A DNA stretch of 56,416 bases, taken from positions 1-56,416 of the forward strand of contig JAQUBA010000004.1 in the NCBI GenBank assembly GCA_028686985.1. Reading direction: 5' to 3'. Shown one piece after another: positions 18,886 through 27,679 of this stretch. The stretch comes from Candidatus Iainarchaeum sp. (GTDB lineage: Archaea; Micrarchaeota; Micrarchaeia; Anstonellales; Bilamarchaeaceae). The notes under the pieces were generated by a model. It worked only from the letters and a program-made list of their open reading frames with translations, ran no database searches and was not told the origin of the DNA. The number at the start of each line of letters is the position of its first letter. The first letter of the stretch is position 1. A program made the position numbers and the translations under genes.

Positions 18886-19041
18886 CTATATTACGGAGAA
18901 TACCATGAACATTATGATGCCTACGACGCCCACGAGGAGCATTCCCGCGCCGGCTATCTTCATTATCTCGTCCAGCTCCCGGTTCGTGGGCTTCCTCGCG
19001 ATGTGCAAAATCCTTATGCAGCGGGGTATCAGTTCTTTCAT
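18886..19041 (-). CDS. secE: Preprotein translocase subunit SecE (Sec61 gamma)
   Basis: Not in the ORF track (51 aa). My hand translation: MKELIPRCIRILHIARKPTNRELDEIMKIAGAGMLLVGVVGIIMFMVFSVI. It shows the ARKPT..E motif plus a single TM and sits in the conserved position just upstream of spt5. Confidence 0.8.
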   Translation of the reverse strand: MKELIPRCIRILHIARKPTNRELDEIMKIAGAGMLLVGVVGIIMFMVFSVI

Positions 19042-19098
19042 ATTTTCACCTTCTGTGAAAATTCTGACAAAATTCTGCGGAATTTTATCATCATATTT

Positions 19099-20196
19099 TC
19101 ACCCTATTACGTCCAAATCTATGTCATCCGTAGGGGACGGGTTCTCCGTCTCAAGGGAGTACTTGGGGAACTTTACGCCTCCCAGCACAACCAGCACCTT
19201 TATGGACGCCTTCTGCAGGTTCGGCTCTATCCTGGAGCCCCAAATGATGTGGGCGCCGGGATGAATCCTCTTGCTGGTCTCTGAGACTATCAACTCCGCC
19301 TCTTTTAATGTCATGTCCTCGCCGCCAATCACGTTCACTAGGGCGCGGCTCGCGCTGGATATGTTCGCATCCAGCAGCGGGGAGTTCAATGCCGTTTCAA
19401 TCGCGATTGTGGAGCGCTCCTCGCTCTTCGCATCAACGGACGCCTCGCCCAATCCGATTACGGAATAGCCGGCGCCCGAAAGGATTGTCTTGAGGTCCGC
19501 GAAATCCACGTTCACCAGGCCGGATTTCGTGATTAGTTCCGCTATCCCTTTTACGGAGCCCGCAAGGACCTCGTCGCACACCTTGAACGCGGTGTTGAGC
19601 GGGAGGTCCGGCGCGATCGTGAGCAATTTGTTGTTGCGGATGACTATGAGGGTGTCAGTGTTCTTCCTGAGCGCCTCCAAACCTATGAGTGCGTTCTCCA
19701 TCCTTATCCTGCCTTCGGAGTTGAACGGAAGGGTGACCACTGCTATCGTGAGGGCGCCCATCTTCTTGGCCTCCTCGGCGATTACTGGTGCGCTTCCAGT
19801 GCCCGTGCCTCCGCCCAGGCCGCACGTAACGAAAACCATGTTCGCATCTTTTATCGCTTCCTTGATTTCTTCCATGCTCTCCTTTGCGGCGCTTGCGCCT
19901 ATTTCGGGGTTGCTTCCCGCGCCCCTCCCCTTTGTGAGCTGCTTCCCGATGAGGATTTTCCTGTTCGCGCGCACCCGGAGGAGGTGGCGCGCATCGGTGT
20001 TTACGCCGATGAGCGTTACGTTGTCCACGCCCAGCTCAAATAACCTGTCTACGGTGTTGGTGCCGCTGCCTCCCGCGCCCACGACGTAAACGCGCGGCTT
20101 GGATTCCTCTATGAATTTCAGTATCTCCTCGTCCTCCTTGGAAACGGGGGCGGATGAGAGTTCCTTTATCTTGTCCTCAATCGTCACATGGCACAC
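19099..20196 (-). CDS. ftsZ: Cell division GTPase FtsZ
   Basis: 365 aa. GAGGSGTNTV and the tubulin signature GLGGGTGTGSAPVIAE. The start codon is GTG (20196, or 20187). There is no nearby in-frame ATG. Confidence 0.9.
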   Translation of the reverse strand: MCHVTIEDKIKELSSAPVSKEDEEILKFIEESKPRVYVVGAGGSGTNTVDRLFELGVDNVTLIGVNTDARHLLRVRANRKILIGKQLTKGRGAGSNPEIGASAAKESMEEIKEAIKDANMVFVTCGLGGGTGTGSAPVIAEEAKKMGALTIAVVTLPFNSEGRIRMENALIGLEALRKNTDTLIVIRNNKLLTIAPDLPLNTAFKVCDEVLAGSVKGIAELITKSGLVNVDFADLKTILSGAGYSVIGLGEASVDAKSEERSTIAIETALNSPLLDANISSASRALVNVIGGEDMTLKEAELIVSETSKRIHPGAHIIWGSRIEPNLQKASIKVLVVLGGVKFPKYSLETENPSPTDDIDLDVIG

Positions 20197-20276
20197 CCTA
20201 AAGCTAGTAGTGGCTAATACTTGTTTGCAAAGATTTTAAATAATGCTTTAAACGTAATATTGTCATTATCTGATTA

Positions 20277-20350
20277 GCCCTCATAGTCTAGCCTGGATAG
20301 GACGCAAGCCTGCGGAGCTTGGAACCGGGGTTCAAATCCCCGTGAGGGCG
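20277..20350 (+). tRNA. tRNA-Arg (anticodon GCG)
   Basis: Hand-folded 74-nt cloverleaf. Acceptor GCCCTCA/TGAGGGC, anticodon arm CAAGC-CTGCGGA-GCTTG, T arm CGGGG-TTCAAAT-CCCCG. TATA-like TTTAAAC lies about 25 nt upstream and a T-run follows. Confidence 0.9.
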
Positions 20351-20383
20351 TATCTTTTTAATTACTAGAGGAGATTTCGCCGC

Positions 20384-23074
20384 ATGCAGGGTGCGGTGGG
20401 CAGGAGCCTGAACGAGCAGAAGGTCCTCACATATGCGAAAATGGTGGAGAAGAGCGAGGGCTTCTGGAATTCCATCCTTGTTTTCCTTGGCGCCTTGTCC
20501 ATCTTATCCGCGATACCGTTCTATCCGCTTCCTGTTGCATTCGTGGCCGCGCTGGTGTGCGGGGCGGTTGCGTTCAGGGCGCCGCATTTCGGCGTCGCGC
20601 TGGGCGTGCTCCTTGTGCTGCCTGCGCTCGCATACCAGTCTACCATTCTTGCGTGGATAGGATTGCTCCTGTTTGCGCTCGTGCTCTTCGAGATGTTTGA
20701 CAACTGGGGAGTGATTGCGCTGCTGGAGGTGGTGTGCCTCGCGCCCTTTGCGGCTTATCCATTTGCGATGTTCGCCGGTTTCATTTATCTGCTTATGGCG
20801 TGGGGAAGCCTGCATTTCGGCTCAAGGAAAAGTGTGATAATATCCGTGCCCGCCGTCCTGCTGATATTGCTATTGTCCTCGCTGTGGCTCGTGCAAAACG
20901 ATGCATACCTGCCGGTCACGGCGGGGCTTTACGAACCTGGGCTGCAGTCGCTCATGGTTTCCAAGCCCGCGATGGGCATGGGCGATTTCGCGGGGGCGGT
21001 GGGGCCCGCGCTGGCGAACGCGTTCAACCTCGCTGGCGCGCGGGACATATTCCCGGCGATGGGAAAGATATGGGACAACCTGGTGCGGCTCCTGTTCATG
21101 GACTTCGGGCTCTTCCAGATAGCGGCTTGGGCGCTGGCGCTGTATGCCGTGGGATGGCTGCCCGCACAGCTGAAGGGAAAATGGACGCAGGCGATGTCTG
21201 CGGCGGCGCTGCTGATTGTGCCGATTCTGTATTTTGTTATGAGCATGGTGATGAGGTTCCCGTTCAACCCGATGATGCTGTTCTATGTGCTCGCGTCCAT
21301 CCTTGTGCTTGCCGTCCTTGATTTTGTTGGAGTTAAGATTTCCAAGGAGAAGATGATCAGGGCAAAGGAAAAATTGAAGGGCTTTGGAAAGCTCGGCGTG
21401 CAGGACATGAGATTGGGCGCGGGGGAGCAGGGGCTCGGCGACGTGGGCGGATATGAGGATGTGAAAAAGGAATTGAAGGATTCAATCATAACCCCGCTGC
21501 AGGAAAGGGAGCTGGCTGATGCATACGGGCTGAAGCCGCCTTCGGGCATACTTTTGTTCGGGCCGCCCGGAACTGGAAAGACGATGCTGATGAGGGCGTT
21601 CTCCAAGGAGCTGGGGTACGGGTTTTATTACGTGAAAACGTCCGAGATACTGAGCAAGTGGGTGGGCGAGAGCGAGAAGAACGTGAGCGAGATTTTTGCG
21701 ACCGCACGGAAGAGCGCGCCCGCGATAATATTCTTTGATGAACTGGACGCGATAGGTAAGAAGAGGGGCGAGGGCGGCATGGATGAGGTCGGGCCGCGCG
21801 TGCTCAGCACCCTGCTGCAGGAAATAGACGGGTACAAGGACGATAAAAAACCCGTGATTGTCGTTGGCGCCACGAACGTGCCGAACAAGCTGGACCCGGC
21901 GCTCATGAGGCCTGGAAGATTTGATAAGATAATCTATATGCACCTTCCGGATTTGGAGGCGAGGAAGGCGATTTTCAGGGTTCATCTGTCCAGGATACCC
22001 ACTGCGCCGGACGTAGATGTGAATGCGCTCGCTAAGAAGACGGACAGGTATTCGGGCGCGGACATAAAGAACGTGGTGACCGAGGCTCTGAACGCGGCTG
22101 CGCAGAAGGCGAAGGAGGCGAAGAAAATAATCCCCGTGGGGATGGCGGACCTGCTGAATGTGCTGAATTACACGAAGCCGAGCACCACGTTCTCACAGCT
22201 GGAGGATTACGAGGAGTTCAAAACTGACTTTGAGCGCTCCATCGCGAAGGAGGCGAAGCCGGGCAAGGAAGAGAAGAAAAGAATAGGGTGGAAGGACGTC
22301 GCGGATTTGGAGGACGTGAAGGGCGCGTTCAGGGAGGCGATAGAGCTTCCGCTCCTGCATCCGGAGCTGATGGAGAAGTACGGGGTGAAGGCGGCGGGGG
22401 GAATGCTCATGTTCGGGCCGCCCGGGTGCGGGAAGACGCTCGTGGTGAAGGCGGCGGCGAACGAGATGGACGTCACCATGCTCACGGTGAGCGGGGCGCA
22501 GCTGATGAAGAAGGGGTACGGCCACGCGGTGAATGTGATAAAGGAGACGTTCAACCGTGCGAGGGAAAACACGCCCGCGCTTATTTTCGTGGATGAGATA
22601 GAGACGATTGCGCCCTCAAGGGAGATGGGGAGGGTGGATGTCGTGGGGCAATTTTTGACCGAAATGGACGGGCTGAAGGAATTGAAAGGGGTGGTTGTGG
22701 TCGGCGCTACGAACAAGCCGTCCATGCTTGACCCGGCGATACTGCGGCCCGGAAGGTTTGACAAGATATTCTACGTACATCCGCCGGATGCGAAGGGGAG
22801 GGAGCAGCTGTTCGCGATACATTTCGGGGAATTCGCAAAGGGATTGGATTTGGCGAAGCTTGCCCGGCTCTCCGAGGGGTTCTCCGGCGCGGACATAGCG
22901 GCGCTCGCGCAGGAGGCGAAGATGCAGATGGTGAGGGACAGGATTGCGGGAAGGGAGCCGCGCCCCACTACGGACGAGGTGCTGAGGATGCTATCCATGA
23001 GGAGGCCCTCAATCACTGCGCAGGCGCTGATGGAATACGAGAATTTCCTCCGCGAATACGGGGAGAGGCATTAG
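20384..23074 (+). CDS. Polytopic-membrane tandem AAA+ ATPase (CDC48-like D1-D2 with an N-terminal multi-TM domain)
   Basis: 896 aa. The first ~320 aa are almost entirely hydrophobic helices (about 9 by eye). Two AAA modules follow. Walker A is GPPGTGKT and GPPGCGKT. Walker B is IIFFDELD and LIFVDEIE. There is no protease domain. Confidence 0.85.
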   Translation: MQGAVGRSLNEQKVLTYAKMVEKSEGFWNSILVFLGALSILSAIPFYPLPVAFVAALVCGAVAFRAPHFGVALGVLLVLPALAYQSTILAWIGLLLFALVLFEMFDNWGVIALLEVVCLAPFAAYPFAMFAGFIYLLMAWGSLHFGSRKSVIISVPAVLLILLLSSLWLVQNDAYLPVTAGLYEPGLQSLMVSKPAMGMGDFAGAVGPALANAFNLAGARDIFPAMGKIWDNLVRLLFMDFGLFQIAAWALALYAVGWLPAQLKGKWTQAMSAAALLIVPILYFVMSMVMRFPFNPMMLFYVLASILVLAVLDFVGVKISKEKMIRAKEKLKGFGKLGVQDMRLGAGEQGLGDVGGYEDVKKELKDSIITPLQERELADAYGLKPPSGILLFGPPGTGKTMLMRAFSKELGYGFYYVKTSEILSKWVGESEKNVSEIFATARKSAPAIIFFDELDAIGKKRGEGGMDEVGPRVLSTLLQEIDGYKDDKKPVIVVGATNVPNKLDPALMRPGRFDKIIYMHLPDLEARKAIFRVHLSRIPTAPDVDVNALAKKTDRYSGADIKNVVTEALNAAAQKAKEAKKIIPVGMADLLNVLNYTKPSTTFSQLEDYEEFKTDFERSIAKEAKPGKEEKKRIGWKDVADLEDVKGAFREAIELPLLHPELMEKYGVKAAGGMLMFGPPGCGKTLVVKAAANEMDVTMLTVSGAQLMKKGYGHAVNVIKETFNRARENTPALIFVDEIETIAPSREMGRVDVVGQFLTEMDGLKELKGVVVVGATNKPSMLDPAILRPGRFDKIFYVHPPDAKGREQLFAIHFGEFAKGLDLAKLARLSEGFSGADIAALAQEAKMQMVRDRIAGREPRPTTDEVLRMLSMRRPSITAQALMEYENFLREYGERH

Positions 23075-23082
23075 ATTGCTAA

Positions 23083-23652
23083 TCAGATCTGCTTAACCGC
23101 GATTACGCCCGCCCGCGTCTTGTAGAATTTGTAGCCGGCCTTCATCAGGACTTTTTCGGTTTTCGTGCCCCTCTGGGACACCACTTCATCAACGTTGCCG
23201 TCCGGGTTCATGGGGGTGGTGAGCGTGACCGCGAACTGGAACTCTCTCGCGCGCCCTTCCATCTCGCGGTGGTCCACGAGGAGTTCGCGCAGCCCCTTCC
23301 CCTCATATGCGAGCAGGACCGCGTCGTCCTCAAGGAAAATCGCATTCGTGTAGCCGGCCTCAAGCTGGAGGTTGGTGGGGTTATAGGCCGTGCCCCATGC
23401 GAGCCCCACGGCGACGAGCATCCTGCCCACGTATGCGCCGTAGCTCATGTTCCTCCTGAGCACCTCGCGCACCTCCTCTTCCGTGACCGCGAAGAGGCAC
23501 TTCCTCATTATGTGGGTGACCTCCTCCGCGTCCTCGGGCTTGAGGCGCTTTATCTCCGCCTCCTCTATGTCTATGGGTGAGCGCACGCGCATCTTGGGGG
23601 ACGCCTTCTCCTCCGTGTTCTCCTCTATTATGGCGTTCTTGAAGTCGCTCAT
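23083..23652 (-). CDS. Hypothetical cytosolic protein, weakly GNAT-like
   Basis: The track start is TTG, so I use the ATG at 23652 (MSDFKNAIIEE). The segment AVLLAYEGKGLRELLVDHREMEGRAREF resembles the acetyl-CoA loop of GNATs, but only weakly. Confidence 0.35.
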   Translation of the reverse strand: MSDFKNAIIEENTEEKASPKMRVRSPIDIEEAEIKRLKPEDAEEVTHIMRKCLFAVTEEEVREVLRRNMSYGAYVGRMLVAVGLAWGTAYNPTNLQLEAGYTNAIFLEDDAVLLAYEGKGLRELLVDHREMEGRAREFQFAVTLTTPMNPDGNVDEVVSQRGTKTEKVLMKAGYKFYKTRAGVIAVKQI

Positions 23653-23710
23653 CAATTGGATAATGGGAGGAGGAGTTTTAATCTATTGCGATGGATGGGG
23701 GCCGGGCACA

Positions 23711-24046
23711 TTACATGAACCTTGTCCCGCATACCGGGCATCTGGTATAAAGGGTGTCCATCTCATACCCGCAGATGGGGCACCTCCACACCTGCTTCTT
23801 CGCCCGCGCAATCTCCGCCTCAAAATCATAGTCCCCGTTCACGCATTTCTTCGCGTCCAGCTCGTTCAGCTCGCCACACTTGGGGCACTTCTTCCTGAAC
23901 ATGGACTTTATGCGCACCCCGCAGGACGGGCAGCGCTCCATGTCCAGCGTCACCTTCGCCCCGCATGAGGGGCACTTGAAATCCTTGTCCGCGAGCGTGG
24001 ATTTCTTCTTGCCCAGGCCCTCTTTTATCGCGTCTAGAAGTCCCAT
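23711..24046 (-). CDS. Triple zinc-ribbon protein
   Basis: 111 aa. Paired CxxC knuckles: CPSCG..CPSCG, CPKCG..KKC, CPICG..CPVCG. Overlaps the upstream gene's 3' end by 13 nt. Confidence 0.7.
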   Translation of the reverse strand: MGLLDAIKEGLGKKKSTLADKDFKCPSCGAKVTLDMERCPSCGVRIKSMFRKKCPKCGELNELDAKKCVNGDYDFEAEIARAKKQVWRCPICGYEMDTLYTRCPVCGTRFM

Positions 24047-25050
24047 TTATGCACCATCATGGCAAGCGGGAGCAGCGCCGCAAGGACGAACGCGGATGGG
24101 CACATGGGCTTGGAGCCCGTGCCTGAAGTGCCAGCCCCGGGGGTTCCGGTGCCGGCTTCGCCGCCCGTGGTTGTGGGCACATCGCCAGGTTCTACATTCT
24201 CTACCTGCGCCCCACCAAGGCACTGCGCGGACATCGCGCTGTTCAGGGCATCAAGGCTCATCCCATAGTTGCCGCCGCGGACCGCCGTCTTGAGCGCGGC
24301 TATCTGCGTCGCGACGTTCCCGGAGTTGCACGCGCGCGAGTTCGCGAGGTCTTCCGCGCTCTTTATCTCCGACAGCGCAGCCGTGCATGCGGATGCGTTG
24401 CCGTTTATGGACCGTACGGTGTTTATCGCGCCTTCCACCAGCATCCTGGCGCCATCCACCCTGCACTCCTTCAGCAGGGCCTCTGACTCCGCCTCCACCC
24501 CTACGAGGGAATCGCGGTCCGCCTTGAGCTTGCAGCATGTGGAGCCGTCGCTGCTGCACAGGGAGAGCGGCTGCACGTCCGCGTATTCGTCAAGGAACAC
24601 CTCGGTCTTGTTCTCCACTATGAGCTCCTTGGCGGTCGGGAAGTGGTTGAGGGGCACATCAAACACGGCTTCGTAGGTGGTTGAGCCCCGGGTCATGGTT
24701 ACTCTTGCGATTTCAAAGGAATCCACGCCCTCGCCCCTGCCGCCGAGGTAAACCGGGATGCGGACGTTGCAGGTCTTGCCGAACTCAAGGACCGGGCACT
24801 CCGCGGCCTGAACCCACTGGTCGTTCGTGAAATTCCTGAAATAGAAATATGCGGTCGTGCGCTCCCCGAACGGGTTCTCCACCCATATCCCCATGGTGAT
24901 GTGCTCCGGCCCGTTTCCGCCGGAGTCGCAGTTGTGCACGAGCACGTTGGACGAAACGGGCTGGGAGTCTATGGTGCTCAGCTCCACCTCAAGCTCCGCG
25001 GAAAAAACAAACCCTGAAACCAGCAGCAACGCCAATAGAACGGCTTTCAT
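24034..25050 (-). CDS. Secreted Cys-containing surface protein with G/T/S linker and C-terminal TM anchor
   Basis: I use the internal ATG at 25050 (MKAVLLALLLVSGFVFSAELEV, a signal peptide). The C-terminus is GGEAGTGTPGAGTSGTGSKPMCPSAFVLAALLPLAMMVHKWDF. No family recognised. Confidence 0.65.
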   Translation of the reverse strand: MKAVLLALLLVSGFVFSAELEVELSTIDSQPVSSNVLVHNCDSGGNGPEHITMGIWVENPFGERTTAYFYFRNFTNDQWVQAAECPVLEFGKTCNVRIPVYLGGRGEGVDSFEIARVTMTRGSTTYEAVFDVPLNHFPTAKELIVENKTEVFLDEYADVQPLSLCSSDGSTCCKLKADRDSLVGVEAESEALLKECRVDGARMLVEGAINTVRSINGNASACTAALSEIKSAEDLANSRACNSGNVATQIAALKTAVRGGNYGMSLDALNSAMSAQCLGGAQVENVEPGDVPTTTGGEAGTGTPGAGTSGTGSKPMCPSAFVLAALLPLAMMVHKWDF

Positions 25051-25071
25051 GAGTGGGATTTGCAGGAAGTA

Positions 25072-25079
25072 TTTATATA
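25072..25079. promoter_or_regulatory. Palindromic TATA box shared by divergent operons
   Basis: TTTATATA is centred at 25075.5, exactly midway between the minus-strand ATG (25050) and the plus-strand ATG (25101). It lies 22 nt from each start. Confidence 0.6.
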
Positions 25080-25100
25080 CTTTACAGAAGAGTGGAAAAG

Positions 25101-26780
25101 ATGCGGGGTTGGCTGTTTGCGTTGGTTCTGCTAGGGCTAGCCTTTGCTGCGGGGACGGGCGTGGAGATTCCCGACCTGAACCCGCAGGCAAACCCCGCGT
25201 TCATCGGCGCGATAATCCTGCTCTCCGTGAGTTTTGTCGCGGTGGCCTATGCCGTGTCCACCGGCCTGCAGAACCCGTCCGCCATCGCCTGGAGCAAGGA
25301 CCAGCTGAGGGAGGTGGTTGCGGGGGTAATCCTCGTGGTGATGGTGATCGGGGCTTACGCGACGATAAACGCGCTGCTTGTGCCTTTCCTCACACCGGTT
25401 ACTGAAGACGTGGACCGTGAGGTCAGCCATGATGTCGTTACCGAGACCGGGATATGGAATGTAACCTACCATGTTGCGCATGGGTGCTGCGCGGCGGGGT
25501 GCGGCCCCGGGGAATGCATTACCGGGGACGGGAGGGACGATTTTGAAGGGGAGGCCCCGGGCCCATTTACAATAAGTGCCGGGATGTGCGGGGAATTCCC
25601 GGACCCGGCGGCCGCCCCGTGCGTGAACGTCCTGGTTACCGCGAACGAGGAGCAGCCCTGCGAATACGGGGGGAGCCTCTATTCCAGCACGTGCCATATA
25701 TCGGAAAGGGCGCCCGTGGCGCAGCCGGACGGAACCTACCATACCACGGATGTGGAGATAACCGTGGACAAGGACGTGGTGACGCGCACGGAAACGGTGA
25801 CCGAGACGGTCACGGAAACCATCAGCCACCCGCCGATGACCGACAACGCCATGCTGACGCTGGGCGAGGAGGCGCTGCTTTCCGTCATCAACACGACGAA
25901 AAGGATTTACGAGAGGGTGGGGGAGGCGTATTTCAGCGTGGCCCTATACCAGGGGATGTCGGTGAGCACGACGCGGCTGAACCTTTATTACGTTACGTGG
26001 GGGGAGAGCAGCGCCCCCTTCGCTGGGATAAGCCATGTGATGGTTGCCCTCAACCAGGGGGCGCAGCAGCTCACCTTCCAGCTCCTCAGCTTCCGGGTGG
26101 TGCTGATATTCCTTTCATACATCAATTCCGTGGTTCCATCCTTCATCCTTCCGATCGGCATGGCGTTCCGGGTGTTCCCGTTCACCAAGAAAATAGGCAA
26201 CACCCTCATAGCGTTGTCCCTGGGCGCCCTGTTCATGTTCCCGGCATCCCTCGTGCTGGTGAAGGAAATCCATGGTTCCATCAACTCGGAAAAAGTCAAT
26301 GAGGCGCTCGGAAAGTCCTTCCTGCTTGAATACGAGGGGGTGGGCTCGGAGACCTACGGGCCGCTCATGGCTTTCTGCAAAGAGCCGGTTTTGAGGATAA
26401 TCCTGCTGCCGGGGGAAATACCGCTCAGCATAATCTGGGCAAGCATAGTCTGCGCATTCTCCACGCTAGCCTATGCGGCATGCTGGATAGCCCAGTGGAT
26501 GTTCTTCCTGCAGATACTGTGGCCCCTGCTCAATTTCGCGGTGCAGAACATATTCTCCATATTTGTGCTCCCGTTCGCAAACCAGATGGAGCCGCAGATG
26601 ATATATGACGACCTGGTGCAGCCCGTGCAGATGATACTCCTGCCCGCGATAGCAGAGACGGCCATGTTCGCCATAATCGCCTCCCTCATAATCGCGATAG
26701 TGACCATCACCGGAACCAAGGCCATCGCAAGCGCGATAGGCGGGGATTACATCCTCTACGGGATAACGAGGCTGGTATGA
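25101..26780 (+). CDS. Paralog 1 (P1) of an unassigned polytopic membrane protein family, with a Cys-rich loop
   Basis: I use the ATG at 25101 (MRGWLFALVLLGLAFAAG, a signal peptide). It has the family motifs VAVAYAVSTGLQNPSAIAWSKDQLREV, LPIGMAFRVFPFTKKIGNTLIALSLGALFMFP and the C-terminus AIGGDYILYGITRLV. A Cys-rich insert (HGCCAAGCGPGEC...) and a TETVTETVTET repeat lie between TM2 and the core. Confidence 0.75.
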   Translation: MRGWLFALVLLGLAFAAGTGVEIPDLNPQANPAFIGAIILLSVSFVAVAYAVSTGLQNPSAIAWSKDQLREVVAGVILVVMVIGAYATINALLVPFLTPVTEDVDREVSHDVVTETGIWNVTYHVAHGCCAAGCGPGECITGDGRDDFEGEAPGPFTISAGMCGEFPDPAAAPCVNVLVTANEEQPCEYGGSLYSSTCHISERAPVAQPDGTYHTTDVEITVDKDVVTRTETVTETVTETISHPPMTDNAMLTLGEEALLSVINTTKRIYERVGEAYFSVALYQGMSVSTTRLNLYYVTWGESSAPFAGISHVMVALNQGAQQLTFQLLSFRVVLIFLSYINSVVPSFILPIGMAFRVFPFTKKIGNTLIALSLGALFMFPASLVLVKEIHGSINSEKVNEALGKSFLLEYEGVGSETYGPLMAFCKEPVLRIILLPGEIPLSIIWASIVCAFSTLAYAACWIAQWMFFLQILWPLLNFAVQNIFSIFVLPFANQMEPQMIYDDLVQPVQMILLPAIAETAMFAIIASLIIAIVTITGTKAIASAIGGDYILYGITRLV

Positions 26781-27679
26781 TGAAGGCAGTGCCCATGGCC
26801 CTCATTTTCGTTTCCGCCGCCTTCGCGGCATGCTCCCTTGACAGCAGCCAGTTCTCGGAGGCGATGCCGATAATAGGCGCCGCAATCATGCTGAGCGTGG
26901 CGGTCGTAGCGGTGGCATATGCCGCGGGCAGCATGCTCAGGGACGCGCACCTGCTCGTATTCAGCAAGGATGAGCTTTTCCACCTCCTCATATCCGTCCT
27001 GCTCGTGGTCGCGATACAGTCCATATTCACGGGCTCATGCCTTATCACGTCGGATGTGCTGGACGGGAATGACCCGCTCACCTACTCCGTTTCATACATG
27101 CGGGGGCTGCGGATAGAAGGTTCCTCCGTCCTCACCGGGCTGATGAGGAGCTCCATAGACCAGAAATATGCGGCCGCGGAAACGGGCGGATACTTCTTCC
27201 CTTTCGTGGGCGGCGAGATATTCATGGAGGAATCGTTCAAGAACGCATATTCGCGGCACCTTGACATCGCCTTTGATTTTGTGATGATGGGCTTCGTGAG
27301 CTCGGGCCTGCAGTATGAGGGGATGAAGATGGTCGGGTTCGTCTCGCTTGGCGTGCTGCTTCCCTTTGGGCTCATATTGAGGATGCTCCCCAAGCTGAGG
27401 GATTCCGGGAACGTGGTGATCGCCCTCGCTTTTGCCATATACATCTTCATCCCCTTTTCGTATGCTGCCATCGGCTCGGTGGCGCGCGACATGCCGGTCG
27501 GATGCGATTACAAGTACGATGGCGGGGACGACCCCGTGTTCGGGCCATGCGATGGGGTGACCGGCTTCGGAACCATCGCGAACTACATAATGCAGACCAT
27601 ATTCCTGCCGAACCTTGCGCTGGTGGTGTTCGCCACGGCGGCAGGAGCGCTGGTGAAGATTGCGAAGGTGATACCATGA
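26777..27679 (+). CDS. Paralog 2 (P2), minimal member
   Basis: 300 aa. ATGA overlap with P1. Signal or lipobox-like MALIFVSAAFAAC. Motifs VAVAYAAGSMLRDAHLLVFSKDELFHLL and LLPFGLILRMLPKLRDSGNVVIALAFAIYIFIP. Confidence 0.75.
   Translation: MMKAVPMALIFVSAAFAACSLDSSQFSEAMPIIGAAIMLSVAVVAVAYAAGSMLRDAHLLVFSKDELFHLLISVLLVVAIQSIFTGSCLITSDVLDGNDPLTYSVSYMRGLRIEGSSVLTGLMRSSIDQKYAAAETGGYFFPFVGGEIFMEESFKNAYSRHLDIAFDFVMMGFVSSGLQYEGMKMVGFVSLGVLLPFGLILRMLPKLRDSGNVVIALAFAIYIFIPFSYAAIGSVARDMPVGCDYKYDGGDDPVFGPCDGVTGFGTIANYIMQTIFLPNLALVVFATAAGALVKIAKVIP

Noticed and set aside
24034-25050. The C-terminus of the anchored secreted protein as a PGF-CTERM/archaeosortase sorting signal.
   Set aside because: A G/T/S-rich stalk plus TM plus short basic tail is present, but the P-G-F signature is not (the sequence reads PMCPSAF). 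No archaeosortase gene is in the window.
25789-25825. The TETVTETVTET micro-repeat in P1 as a possible functional tandem repeat or slippage tract.
   Set aside because: There are only about three imperfect 4-aa units. This is more likely simple low complexity inside the variable loop. It is mentioned only as part of the insert description.
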